Positions 37,868-50,229 of a stretch of 64,000 bases of DNA are shown here, piece by piece. The position numbers were made by a program, and so were the translations under genes. Where the stretch lies: contig NC_058368.1 of NCBI RefSeq assembly GCF_018350175.1, positions 206,586,001 to 206,650,000 on the forward strand, in the 5' to 3' direction. The notes under the pieces are model-generated. The model saw nothing but the letters and a program-made list of their open reading frames with translations, was not told where the DNA came from and ran no database searches. This stretch comes from Felis catus. Taxonomy: Eukaryota. Numbering within the stretch: position 1 is the first letter of the stretch; each line of letters begins with the position of its first letter.

Positions 37868-39144
37868 TACATGTATGGGTTGCATTTGTTTCCTGGAAGA
37901 AGAGATAGGAGATTTAGGGTTTCTCTTACGCTGAGTTTAAAAACAGCAGGAGTGTCTCTAAAAGCCCCCCCCCCCCCCCCCGCAGGTAGTATCTAGTTAA
38001 ACAATAATTCAATTTGTTCAAAACTAATTTGGCATTGATTCTTTCATATCTTGTTTACCTGTGTGGGAGCATAAACAATGATTGGCAAAAGCAGGACAAA
38101 TAGATGGAAGCAGTGTCGGGGTCATGTGGCCAACATGTTGACAGCAGTTCTACAGTAACATCAAGATTCCTTGGAAAAGATGCCCTTTCCTCTCATAAAA
38201 TCATGATGGAATCAGATGATAAATCTTTTCAGGCAGTCTATTTGTCTTCCCTGTTTTTACAAAGTCCTGTTCTTAAAAACGTTCTGAAAGAAATCCTGAT
38301 ACTTTATTCTTACAATCCTTCCAGAAGAAATATCTATAATTTCCATTCTTGACTCTAATTAGCCAAGTAACATAACATTCAGTTAGCCTGTCTTATCTAT
38401 ATGTCTGTGTTGCAATTTGAAGTTGTCCAGTTTAGTAGAAATAAAAAATTTTTCCTTATCTATACATGTATATCTATAATCTTCGTATACAGTGCTTGAA
38501 AAAAAATGAAATCCTGTTTCAGTTTTTCTAAATAACTCACATCTTTGGCCCTTGCCTGTGGACTCTATTTTCAACCCTTTAGTCACATATCTCTGATATT
38601 CCTGGAATACTTGTTCTAAATACAATTTCCTGGGCCTTACTCCTTAAGTATCCTCAGAGGGGTAGGGCTCTGGGAATACACAGCTTTCACAATATTCCCA
38701 GGTGATTTTATGGCCTGAGAGTTTTGAGAACAACCACAATAGCAAGATGGCCATCTTTCAGCATGAGTGTTTCCAGCTGCTCCGGAGAGTAGCTTTGCTT
38801 TTCACATTACCTGGCTGTCTTTCCTAAGTAAGTATGTGTTCTCCTTGGCTTTGGTTATCCACAGACAACATGCAGATAGTTCTCTTATTAGCATATAACA
38901 AGAGCCTTCAGAGAAATTGGATGCATAGTGTTGTTACTGAAAGAGCACATAACTCTTTGGAATATGTATTTTTTTCTTTTTAGGGAGAAGTAGCTGAAAG
39001 TAAACATGTCTGTCTCCATTTGGAACCTGGTCACTTCAGTTAGCCTTTGCCTCATCACTGGACATTTGTCTTGTTATAATGGCAGACACACTGCTAATAT
39101 TGGAGCGTATTTTATGGTATTTAGGTGTTCATATCTGTACTTTA

Positions 39145-39340
39145 TTTTTTTAGTTTTTTTTAAGTTTATTTTTGAGAGAGAGCATGAGCAGGGGAGGGGC
39201 AGAGAGAGAGGGAGAGAGAGAATCCAAAGCAGGCTCTGAGCTGTCAGCACAGAGCCCGACATGAGGCTCAAACTCACAAACTGTGAGAGTATGACCTGAG
39301 CCGAAGTCGGATACTTAACTGACTGAGCCACTCAGGTGCC
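39145..39340 (-). mobile_element. Can-SINE
   Basis: Reverse SINEC head, body and tail. Confidence 0.95.
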
Positions 39341-40604
39341 TCATGTGCTTTATTTTAACTCTTACTGTGGCAGTTTCTAAAAGAAAGCCAGATTTTTAAA
39401 AGATGCCCATTTGTTAAAGTGTTTGCTTCAAGTCACTTCTCTTTTGGGCATGATGTGCTGTATAACTTCTAGCATTACTGGGGCTAAAAGTGGAAAAGTT
39501 GAGCTATAGAAGAAACAAAGTAGATTCATAGAGCATCAAATGATCCCTCAGCCCTCTGCATGGAGGGCCCAAGAAGAAGGCCTCAGAGAAGAGGGCAGTT
39601 GGACCAATTCCACCAAAACTGTGTATTTTCATGATGCTACAGTCTTGGTTTAGAGAAATCCAAGATTTGATGGCTTCAATTTCTGTATTCTACATACCAG
39701 TAATTCAAGCTACAGTAACAGTCCTGGGGATCTTTATGCAAACCTGGTACAAAGTTTCAAAATCATGGTGTATGGGACTCTAAGCTGTATAGATTAAAGA
39801 TCCTGATAAACAGTATACAGAGGTCAGGAAAGATGACTCTGCTTCCTGTTATTGTTTTTTCTCACTGAAAAAGACTTTTTTTTTTAGGTTTGTTTTTACT
39901 TTGAGCATTCTCTTTGGCTTGATAATTCGAAGATCTAATTAATTATCATACATTGAACTTAGTATGTTCAACTTAGTATGACGTATTAGCATACGTCAAG
40001 GAATCATTAAAGCCCCTGCTAAGGATTCTCCTCTGTGGATTCCGGGACAGTTTATTGTCCACACACTAGTGAGTCAACCATGGCCGGCAGGGCCCCTTAG
40101 GTCTAGAAGCTTTCACTGTTCTTGGAACCATTCTCAAAATCATTTTCTGCATTTAAGTGCTGCACTTTGCTCCCTTAACCAGGCTGCAGAGGGCAGTGCC
40201 CTGAACACATCCACTGTCCGTTTTCCTGCTGGATGATGTTGGAGGTCAGGGCTCAGTGTGGAATCTGCTTTTCTTGGATGTCAAAAGAAGTGCTAGAATG
40301 GAAACTAACTTACTTAGAGCCTAACCTAATGAGGGAAATAGAGGCATAATCCTTCTAGAGGCGAGTATCACCACAGGTGAGAGGGGATGTTCAGAGAGAC
40401 CCCACAGGACCACTATGGGCCATCTAGAATAGATGAACTAAATACAGATACATATCAATACTCGAATTCATTTAAGAAGGAGCCCAGTAGGAAGGACAAT
40501 ACAATATTAAAAACACTATGCTGCCTGCTCTCTCTTCAAGCCAGGGATGGCCACTGGCACTGCATTCCCCTTTGCTATGAATACCATATGCTAATCACGG
40601 ACAG

Positions 40605-40810
40605 AGTTATTGAAATCTTACCATATGGTAGCCTTTTTTAAGCCCCACAACAATCCGTAGTAGTAGGATCCTGCTATCTTTTGTCTTTTATAGATAGGAA
40701 ATGGAGGGTAAACAATATTAACTCTTCTGAGATCACATAGCCAACAGCGGTGGGCCTGATTCTGACCCAGGCTAACTTTAGAGCTTATGCTCCTAACCAC
40801 AATATATGCA
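40605..40810 (-). mobile_element. MIR
   Basis: ccccacaacaatccgtagtagtagg...ttttatagataggaaatggagg. Confidence 0.65.
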
Positions 40811-42713
40811 GTCTCCTTCTAGAGAAGAACTGGGGAAACATGCAAGCAAATAAATGTGTATAGATCTAACTTGGTTTTGTGGGAGCTTATTTAAGAAATG
40901 TTAATTATTTAAGATGTCCAGGGCTCTAAAATCTGAAGAAACCTTCCAGATCTCTTATTTGCAGCTAGGGAAAGTAAGTTGCATTGCCAAATACTCCCCA
41001 TTCCTTCAGTTTTCCAGAGCTAAACAGGCAACATTTACTTATTTGATTTTCAGAAGGCTAGAATGACCCAAGACATTTTGTTAGTCTATATTAGTTGACA
41101 TTTGCCAAGTCTCACCTAATCCTTGTGTATACTGTGTTGGCCCTGGCTGGGTGTGGTCTGTTGGAGTAAGAAATGGGGTGGGGACAAATATGCTTTATTA
41201 CTTAGATGTCCTAATGCCTATGCAGGAGAGTATCATCTATGATAATAGCATGACTGGTTTCCTCATTGGATGCCTCAATATTCTTTAGACTCAGGGCACT
41301 GTTTATTCTTCCCCTTACATTCTGTATGCTTGTATCATTGGTTCTGGATAGGTGTTTACCTTTCCTTGATCATATATTTCCTATTTAGCTATGATAAAAT
41401 TATTGCTTGCGTTTCCTATCCAACTGCTGAAACTTAGCCTGCTAGAATAATGTTTTCATTTCCTGTTTGTTTTTCTCCTGAAATCAACTCTGCATAATTA
41501 TACATTTAGCTTTTGCTTAGTGGTGAGGGCTGTGTGACTTCTACCCCACCTAAACATGGGTGCTTTTATTCTCATTTCCTTATCTACCCATTGTTTTCAA
41601 AACAGACTGGGTCTGGACTTTCTTAAATTCTAAGCTGGGTAATATATTAAAATTTCATTCATCCTTGAATTCAGGTGCTTCAAACTTGGCAGGTGCTTAG
41701 TAAGTATTTGTTAAATAGAATTTAAGATGGATTGAAGATTAGATTCTTCAGGTAAAGAACTTCATAATCAACTATGAGTGGGGGATTTCCTATTATTCAG
41801 TGTTTTGCACTGTCTTGGAGGTCAACCATGGTACTACGTTCCATATACTATTGTTTTAGGATGTTGATTTGCACAGGCCTGTAATATGTAGTAGTGTCTG
41901 ACTGGTAATGTTTGGCAAATAGGAGGAATCTTTAATTTGCTTTTGGTGATTCAAATATGTTTCCATAACAATTCTTTTGTTTGCTTCCTTGGTCTATTTT
42001 TAGTAATTTTTTTTTTCTTGAGGCTTGCTCAGAGACCGGACTGTCACATCTTGATATTTAAATGTTTACCCAACTTCCCTTTGCATGTCATTTGATCATT
42101 TGCCTGTACAAATAGAAGAGCCAGCTTTTTAAGTACCTACCTAAAAGCATGTGGGCCAATTTTGAATATGCGTTTAGGAGGCACTACTAACAACAGTGGT
42201 ACTAAATCCCATGGATTTTACTATTTCTGACACTTGTGAACAATACTCAGGGTAAAAGATACAATAGTTGACTAAATTGGTTAATGAGTAGTTGACCAAA
42301 TATACAATTTATAGATACAGTCTAAGAGATCTAAAGTTGAAAAAACTGTAGCAATTACTTGACTGAATTATCTTTCCTTGATTAGAATCTTCTGGATGGC
42401 TGTATGTAGGAACTTAGTGTTCTTTCAGTATATAAGTAGGATTTATTTGTCCAATGTTTATTCTTATGCAAACCATTAATTATGAGTTATCAAGATGACA
42501 CTGAGTGATACAGAGGCATCTTGTATCCATTCCAGACATGATCTCAAGTATCTTCTGCTCTGTGCTAATCTTGTATGAGATGAAACAGTTTGGAGCTTTT
42601 TAAGGGTTCCAATAAACAGTTTCCATGCTGACTGTAGTGGAAAGAACGTTGTTCTGGACCTCCAGAAACCTGGGTTTTAGGTTCTGCTCTATGCCAACAA
42701 TCTATGTGATTTT

Positions 42714-42940
42714 AAAAAATTTTTTTCTTTTTACATTTATTTCTTTTTGAGAGACAGAGTGAGACAGAGCACGAACAGGGGAGGGGCAGAAAGAGAAGGA
42801 GACATGGAATCTGAAGCAGCCTCCAGGCTCTGAGCAGTCAGTTAGCACAGAGCCCAACATGGGGCTCGAACCCACGAACTGTGAGATCATGACCTGAGCT
42901 GAAGTAGGACGCTCACCTTACTGAGCCACCCAGGTGCCCC
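42714..42940 (-). mobile_element. Can-SINE inserted in a MIR remnant
   Basis: Perfect TSD tctatgtgatttt; MIR-like flanks (cctgggttttaggttctgctct / ggcctccatttacttacctgttaa). Confidence 0.95.
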
Positions 42941-43259
42941 TCTATGTGATTTTTAGAAAACTTTTTCACCTCAGGCCTCCATTTACTTACCTGTTAAGAT
43001 AACATAGAGATTGAATTAAGTGACCTTTCATAATGCTTCCAGCATAGACATGCTATGCATTAAAGCTATTTTATTTATATCCCTGAGTCTGGAAAGATAC
43101 TATCTTCTTGAGCAATGGAAAATGGAGCTACTCTTTAAGTAGCAAAGGTGAACCTGAGGCTGTCCATTGCCTTTAATCCAATCAGGAAATGCTGGACACT
43201 GCCTTCTGGGAGCGTAGATAGCATAAAATAGCTAATAATGATGCGATGTCTGCAGTAGT

Positions 43260-43490
43260 GTGAATAATGATCAGTTACTGAGTTCCAGGTGATACATAGT
43301 TTTCAGATATTATCTTCTTATTCTCACCACACTCCTGGGAGGTAGATTTTACATGAGAGAAAATTGAGGGCTAGGGAGTTCAGTAACTTGCCAGAGAGCA
43401 TGAGCCCGCTAATTGTCCAAACAAGGTTCAGATCCAGGTTTTGCTTAAATCTAACAGCCAATCTTGATCTGCTAGTCTTCGCTGCCTCTA
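43260..43490 (-). mobile_element. MIR
   Basis: ttctcaccacactcctgggaggtagattttacatgagagaaaattgagggct. Confidence 0.65.
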
Positions 43491-43529
43491 TCTGCAAAAC
43501 TCACTCTCCTTCATTTACCCTATACTTAA

Positions 43530-43920
43530 TGTAAGACATTGTGTACTGGGTACTGCTCTAGAATAGATGATTGGGATAGAAAACGGAGAAAAAGCCTTCC
43601 TTCAAGGCAGCTTACATCCTAGCAAGGGTGAATAGTATCAGTAGATGTAACAAACACATGAACTACCTGGTGTTTTAGCAGGTGGTAAGTGCTATGGAAA
43701 AAGAAAAGGCCAAGCTGGGTGAAGAGAACTGGAAATGTGTGTGAATAGTGTGTGGAGGGTTGCAATTTTGAACTGGGTGGTCAGGGTGGGCATTATTGGG
43801 ATGGGGATTTTTGATCAAGGACTTGAGAGAGGTGAGGAAATAAGTTGTACGGACAGCTGGTAGAAGAGCATTCTTGGGCAGAGAGAACACCAGGGTCCTG
43901 AGTGGGGAGTGTGCCTGGTT
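43530..43920 (-). mobile_element. LINE-2 fragment
   Basis: ggtggtaagtgctatggaaaaa...gggtggtcagggtgggc...aagagcattcttgggcagagagaac. Confidence 0.75.
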
Positions 43921-44134
43921 TTAGCACGTCAGTTATTTATGACTGTAAATAGCCACAATAAGAAAACACTGAGAACCTATTATAGACACTTCCATTCCTG
44001 CTCATGGTTCTGTTTATTTTAGAGGCAGGATGACTTCTTTCTTATCAGCATACTTCATCCTGCTTACCCAACGGTCTACTTGAAGAGCTTGTTTCTCACA
44101 AGATGTTTTTCAGCCTTCATTTTACTTGGCTCTA

Positions 44135-44735
44135 ACTGGGATTCTCAAGCCTTCTTATCTCCAGACACTTTTATACTCTTAAAAATTGTGGAGGGCTCAG
44201 AGAGCTGTTGTACATGTGAGCTATATTTATGAATATATACTGTATTAGGAATTAGAACAGAAATTTGTGAAATATTTCTTTAATTTGTTTAAAGTAATAA
44301 GCCTGTGGCTTGTTAACACAAATAACATATTTTCATGAAATATTACTATTTCCAAAACCCCCCAAAATAATGAGAATAGTGGCAATATTTTACATTTTTG
44401 CAAATCTCCTTAATGGTTGACTTAATAGAAGGCTGCTGGATTCTCATACCTGCTTCCGCATTTCATCTGTTGTAACATGTTTGAGCTGAAACATATGAAG
44501 AAAATCCAGCCTTCCACAGATGGCCTTTCTAGGTAAGTGAATATTCTTCCCTGACAATACATTCAAAGTGATAGTTTCCGAAGAGTTAGCTGCAGTGTGA
44601 CTTTTTGCGTTTTGTACACTCATGGGTAAATGAGCATGAAAAAGGCACACAACGTCATAGTATTAGTTTTGACTTTGCAACCCCTCAAATGGGTCTTGGA
44701 GACCACCAGGAGTCCCCTGACCACCCTTTGAAGTG
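44135..44735. mobile_element. Charlie1-family (hAT) deletion derivative
   Basis: tttatactcttaaaaattg...ttgacttaatagaaggctgctggattctcatacctgcttc...ttttgactttgcaacccctc match recalled Charlie1a ends. Confidence 0.75.
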
Positions 44736-44818
44736 TTAATAAGGTAAAGAGAAAATTTCTATGAAAAGTTTGGAAAAAATGATGTTGCATGAAGAAACCA
44801 TGAACTTGGAGAACTTTC

Positions 44819-45034
44819 CTTTTAAAAGATTTTTTTTTTAACATTTATTTATTTTTGACAGACACAGCATGAGCAGGGGAGGGGCAGAGAGAGAGGGAGA
44901 CATAGAACCTGAGGCAGGGTCCAGGCTCTGAGCTGTCAGCACAGAGCCCGATGCGGGGCTTGAACTCAGGAATCGCGGTATCATGACCTAGGCCAAATTT
45001 GGACGCTTAACTGACTAAGCCACCTAGGCGCCCC
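44819..45034 (-). mobile_element. Can-SINE
   Basis: Perfect TSD gaacttggagaactttc. Confidence 0.96.
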
Positions 45035-45269
45035 GAACTTGGAGAACTTTCTAACACATCTGCTTCAGTGTCAGGCAGGGAGGATTTATTGTCTCTTTGG
45101 GCACTTTATTCAAGGATATAAGTCACTGCCACAGGCAGCCAGTGAATATATAATCTAGAAAATGGGGAGAAAGTTCTCTCATCTACCTTTCCCCACTGTG
45201 GTCCCTACAGAACTAAAAGTAAAGCAATCGACCAATATTCTGTACCCTGGGACACTGCTGCTTCAACTT

Positions 45270-45422
45270 TAACTTGCAGCCCAGTCACCTGGGCATCTTA
45301 TTAAAATGCAGATTTCAGCTTTGTAGGTCAGAGTAGGGTCTAGGATTCTGTATTTCTTATCGTCCTCCAGGTGATGCTGTTGGTGTTGGTCCACAGACCA
45401 CACTTTGAGTAGCGAGGGTCTA
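45270..45422. mobile_element. MER5A-like element
   Basis: tcacctggg...ttaaaatgcagatt...ccaggtgatgctg...ggtccacagaccacactttgagtag. Confidence 0.75.
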
Positions 45423-45939
45423 GAGGTTAAATAGACTAGTACTCCGAGGATGGGTTGACTCTGCATTTCTAGTGAATCCAGTGCTTCCCAGCCTGCTAAA
45501 CTATGTATCATCAGATGATCAGGGACAGAAATATTACTGAATAAAACTATGGACAGTGCCACCCTCAGAGCTGTCCAGTGGGTCTTATCTACCACATGTT
45601 GTGATGCTCAGTGTCTTTGCCTAACCTACCGCCTACACCCTCTGATGGCTTCCTAGTTACCTGAAAATATAATTCAGACTCCATACCCTGATTCACCAGA
45701 CCCTTATTCGTCTGGCCTCTTTGGACATCTTTGATCTTGATGATCATTTCCTGTCATTCACATGGTGCTGTCACAGTGACAGTGTTTCAGTTTCAGAAAG
45801 TGGTTGAATTCTCAGTTTGCTTGATGATGGCTTGTCAAATAAGCTAATTCTTTCCTTGAGGTACAGCATAGATACAGACCCCCCAAAAAAAATTGGAAAT
45901 AATTTAATAAAAGCAGTAAAGTTGTGAGTTTTTGGATTT

Positions 45940-47616
45940 TATTTTTAAATTTTTTTCAATTTATTATTTTTTTAATTTTTTAGTTTTTTTAATTTAATTT
46001 TTTATTTTTTAAGATTTACATCCAAATTAGTTAGCATATGGTGAAATGATTTCAGGAGTAGATTCCTTAATGCCCCTTACGCATTTAGCCCATCCCCCCT
46101 CCCACAACCCCTCCAGTAACCCTCAGCTTGTTCTCCATATTTATTTTTTTAAAATCTTTTTTATTAACATTTATTTATTTTTGACACAGAGAGAGACAGA
46201 GCATGAGCAGGGGAGGGTCAGAGAGAGAGGGAGGCACAGAATCCGAAACAGGCTCCAGGCTCTGAGCTGTCAGCCCAGAGCTCTATGCGGGGCTCGAACT
46301 CACCGACCACGAGATCATGACCTAAGCCGAAGTCGGACACCCAACCGACTGAGCCACCCAGGCGCCCCTGTTCTCCATATTTATGAGACTCTTCTGTTTT
46401 GTTCCCCTCCCTGTTTTTATATTCTTTTTGTTTCCCTTCCCTATGTTCATCTGTTTTGTCTCTTAAAGTCCTCATATGAGTGAAGTCACATGGTTTTTGT
46501 CTTTCTCTGACTGACTAATTTCACTTAGCATAATACCCTCCAGTTCCATCCACATAGTTGCAAATGTCAAGATTTCATTCTTTTTGATTGCCGAGTAATA
46601 CTCTATTGTATATATATATATACCACATCTTTTTTATCCATTCATCCATGGATGGACATTTGGGCTCTTTCCATACTTTGGCTATTGTTGATAGTTCTGT
46701 TAGAAACATGGGGGTGCATGTGTCCCTTCAAAACAGCACACCTGTATCCCTTGGATAAATGCCTAGTAGTGCAATTGCTGGGTCATAGGGTAGTTCTCTT
46801 TTTAGTTTTTTGAAGAACCTCCATACTGTTTTCCAGAGTGCCTGCACCAGCTTGCATTGCCACCAATAATGCAAAAGAGATCCTCTTTCTCTGCATCCTT
46901 GCCAACATCTGTTGTCGCCTGAGTTGTTAATGTTAGCCATTTTGACAGGGTAAGGTGGTATCTCATTGTGGTTTTGATTTGTGTTTCCTTGATGATGAGT
47001 GATGTTGAGCATTTTTTCACATGTTGGTTGGCCATCTGGATGTCTTCTTTGGAGAAGTGTCTTTTGCCCATTTCTTCACTGGACTAATTGTTTTTTGGGT
47101 GTTGAGTTTGATAAGTTCTTTATAGATTTTGGATACTAACCCTTTATCAGATATGTCATTTGCAAATATCTTCTCCCATTCTGTCGGTTGCCTTTTAGTT
47201 TTGCTGATTGTTTTCTTCACTGTGCAGAAGCTTTTTATTTTGATGAGGTTCTGATAGTTCATTTTTGCTTTTATTTCCCTTGCCTCCGGAGACGTGTTGA
47301 GTAAGAAGTTTCTGCGGGCAAGATCAAAGAGGTTTTTGCCTGCTTTCTCCACGAGGATTTTGATGGCTTCCTGTCTTACATTGAGGTCTTTCATCCATTT
47401 TGAGTTTATTTTTGTGTATGGTGTCAGAAAGTGGTCCAGGTTCATTCTTCTGCATGTCGCTGTCCAGTTTTCCCAGCACCACGTGCTGAAGAGACTGTAT
47501 TTATTCCATTGGATATTCTTTCCTGCTTTGTCAAAGATGAGTTGGCCATACGTTTGTGGGTCCATTTCTGGGTTCTGTATTCTGTTCCATTGATCTGAGT
47601 GTCTGTTCTTGTGCCA
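45940..47616 (-). mobile_element. 5'-truncated LINE-1 (copy B), same subfamily as copy A, with a SINE in its 3' UTR
   Basis: Minus-strand ORFs give [20 protein letters not shown]...[27 protein letters not shown]; frameshifts including a 10-bp deletion; T-rich tail on the left; TSD ag(t/g)ttttggattt (45927-45939, 47617-47629). Confidence 0.98.
46145..46368 (-). mobile_element. Can-SINE nested in L1 copy B
   Basis: Perfect 16-bp TSD tgttctccatatttat made of L1 3' UTR sequence. Confidence 0.97.
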
Positions 47617-47639
47617 AGGTTTTGGATTTCAAAAACACC

Positions 47640-48050
47640 TATTCAATCAGCAGATATTTATTGCATACCTACTGTGTGTCAGGCATTGTTTTAGGAATTT
47701 GAGGCCTGTCAATAAAGATTTCTCCCCTTGTGGAGCTTTGATTCCAGCAGAGAGACACTAAACAAGAGACAGAAGAATAAATACATTGTGTAGTACTAAT
47801 AAAATGTAGTAAGTATAATGGGAAAAACAGTACAACACAGGAAAAGGCTTTGAGAAAGAGAGGTCCAGATGGGAGAGGGAAGATGATGTTTGAGGAAACA
47901 CCAGGAGGAGGTTGGAAGTTATCCATTCAGATTATGTTGGGGAAAAGGTCTTAGTGCAAAGGCCCTGAGCTGCCTGGCACTTGGGAGGAGCAGGCAGGTG
48001 GCCAGGCCAGTGTGGCTGGAGCAGAGCAGGTGGGCTGTGTGCTCAAGACG
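47640..48050 (-). mobile_element. LINE-2 3' fragment
   Basis: attcaatcagcagatatttattgcatacctactgtgtgtcaggcattgtt...tgcaaaggccctgag...ggccagtgtggctggagcagag. Confidence 0.8.
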
Positions 48051-48056
48051 GTAATG

Positions 48057-48057
<1 letters not shown>

Positions 48058-48097
<40 letters not shown>

Positions 48098-48110
48098 TGT
48101 GTGTGTGTGC
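48058..48110. repeat. (GT)n microsatellite
   Basis: Direct reading. Confidence 0.95.
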
Positions 48111-48689
48111 ACACGTGCACATGTCTACCTGTTTGTCTGCCTGGGTGTCTGTATGGAGGGCTGCCTATTTTAGATTTTTATATATACCTTTCAAAAGTTA
48201 ATTATGGAGTAGAGAACCATTGTTTAAAGCTCTAGTTTTCCTTGGCTCCTGCTTTCTTGAGAATTAGTTTCAGGGAGAAGTTATTTTAATCTGTATAATT
48301 TTATAAACTGTAAAAACTTACTTTTAAAGTGATGTAAATTGTGTATGGGCAGGAACTGAATAGTCAAGTGAAAGATGTTTCACTAAGGTGACCTGAAACT
48401 GAACATTTTGCTCTGTGCTTGCAATGTAGGCCAGCAAGGGTTTAAGTGAGCACTTGGCCTCTGTAACACCCTTGCCTTCCATGAAAGAGTTGCATCTGCC
48501 TCGGCAAAATGAGGAGTCACTTTGGTAGAGCCTCAGCTTCCAGTCAGGTTCCACCACCTTCGGTGGTGGGGTTGTCCTTTTCTCCAGAGGAAGCTATTAC
48601 GCGAGCCAGGGAGTATCTCTGCCTTCTCTGGGTGCTGGGCCATCTGGAGAATAGAAATGCCTAGTGCTCTGGTGAACAGTATGTAAACG

Positions 48690-49880
48690 CTCCACAGGAC
48701 ACTGGACCAGCAACTTCAGCATCACCTGGAAACTTGATAAAAGTGTAAATGCTCAGGTCTAGGGCTGAGGGGTGGTGGGTAAGCCCTAGAGTGTTCGTAA
48801 ATGAGTGTCGCCTCTGGAACAGATGTTCTCAACCCTGGCTGTACGTTAGAATTCCTGGGGAATTTAAAATAACAAAATGAAATGAACAACCAATGCCATG
48901 GCCCCTGTACCAGGGAGTCTAATTTAATTAGTCTCGGGATGGGCCAGGGGCAAAGGTGTCTGTATTTTGTAGCTGTCCCTGAGTGATTCTAAGGTGTGGA
49001 ATCACTGGTAGAATGGATTTCTCAAACCTCAGTACTACTGACATTTTGAACTGGATAATGCTTTGTTGTGGGGGCCGTTCTGTGCATCGTAGGATATTTA
49101 TCAGCATCCCTACTCTTTATTTACTAGATTTCCATAGAACCCCTGCTCCCATTTATGACAACCAAAAATATTTCCAGATACTGTCAAGTGTTCCCTGGGT
49201 GGCAAAATTGTCGAGAACAGTTGCTTTACAGAGTAGTTCTCAAAGTTTACTACACTGCCCAGTGTAATTATAATGCTAAGCACATGTATAATTTTAAAGC
49301 TTTTACTTACATTAAAATAAGCAAAATAAAACAGGTGAAACTAATGTTAACAGTATAGTCAGTTTAGCCCAATATATCCCAAATAGTATTTTAACATGCA
49401 TTCAATATAAAAAAATATCAATAGGGTATTTTTACATTCTTTCTTCAAGTCTTTGAAATCTGGTGTGTGGTTCACAGTTACAGCATATTTTCAGACAGGC
49501 TACACCTTGAGTCTTCTGTAGCCACATGTGGCCCAGTGTCTGCTGTATTGGGATTCAGTGGGCATCAGAATCACCCTGAAGGCTGATTAAAATATAGATT
49601 GCTGGGTGACACTCCCAGGGTTTCTGATTCAGCAGGTCTGGGTTGGGGCCTGAGAATTTGCATTTCCTAATAAGCTTATAGGTAATGCTGAAGCCGCTGA
49701 TCTGGTGACTACACTTTGAAAACCACTACTCCCTAACTGACTGATTAAACCCTAGTACCCTTTTTACTCAAAAATACGGTTTGTGGACCAGCAGCAGACC
49801 TAGTAAGGTCTGTAAGAAATGTATAATCCCAGGTCCCACTGCTGACCCATTAGACTGGAACCTGTGTTTTAACCAGAATG
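48690..49880. mobile_element. Cluster of hAT-Charlie MITEs: MER5A fragment, MER5B (about 48820-49008), MER20 (about 49010-49225), MER5A (about 49230-49730) split by MER33 (about 49250-49555), MER5A1-like (about 49760-49880)
   Basis: Motifs gttctcaaccctggctg; ctcaaacctcagtactactgacattttg; acaggtgaaactaatgttaac...tagccacatgtggc; gcatcagaatcacc...tctgattcagcaggtctggg...cacactttgaaaaccact. Confidence 0.8.
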
Positions 49881-50229
49881 TACATGAAAGTGGGAACATG
49901 AGACTTCCTTGAATAGAGCCCCCTTGTGAGTCTCTATTATAGGGGCCTGTTTGCTTCCTTCTTAGAGCTTTCTCAGTTCTTTTTCTCTGTTTTTTTCTGT
50001 TTAACTAAAAAATTCTGGCTTCCCCGCCTGTAACCATTCTCTTTCCAGGCCTACTATGTCTTACACATAATAGGCACCTAAATATCTATGAAATTAATGA
50101 GCCTCTGAAAGGAGAGAAGGCTGGGGACGGTGATTAAGTATATTCTTTGGGTTTAGAAATTCAAATAAAAATGTGTTTGGAGATGAGTTGAACACTGGGA
50201 TTCAGAAGCTGATTGTGTGGCCCCTGCTG

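Noticed and set aside
37599..37934. Proline-rich ORF (formin/extensin-like) and its Gly/Glu-rich antisense ORF
   Set aside because: Translation artefact of a (CCT)n low-complexity tract.
34622..45939. Segment currently inverted by L1-L1 recombination
   Set aside because: Each L1 keeps matching TSDs on both sides; a single crossover would have swapped the 3' flanks.
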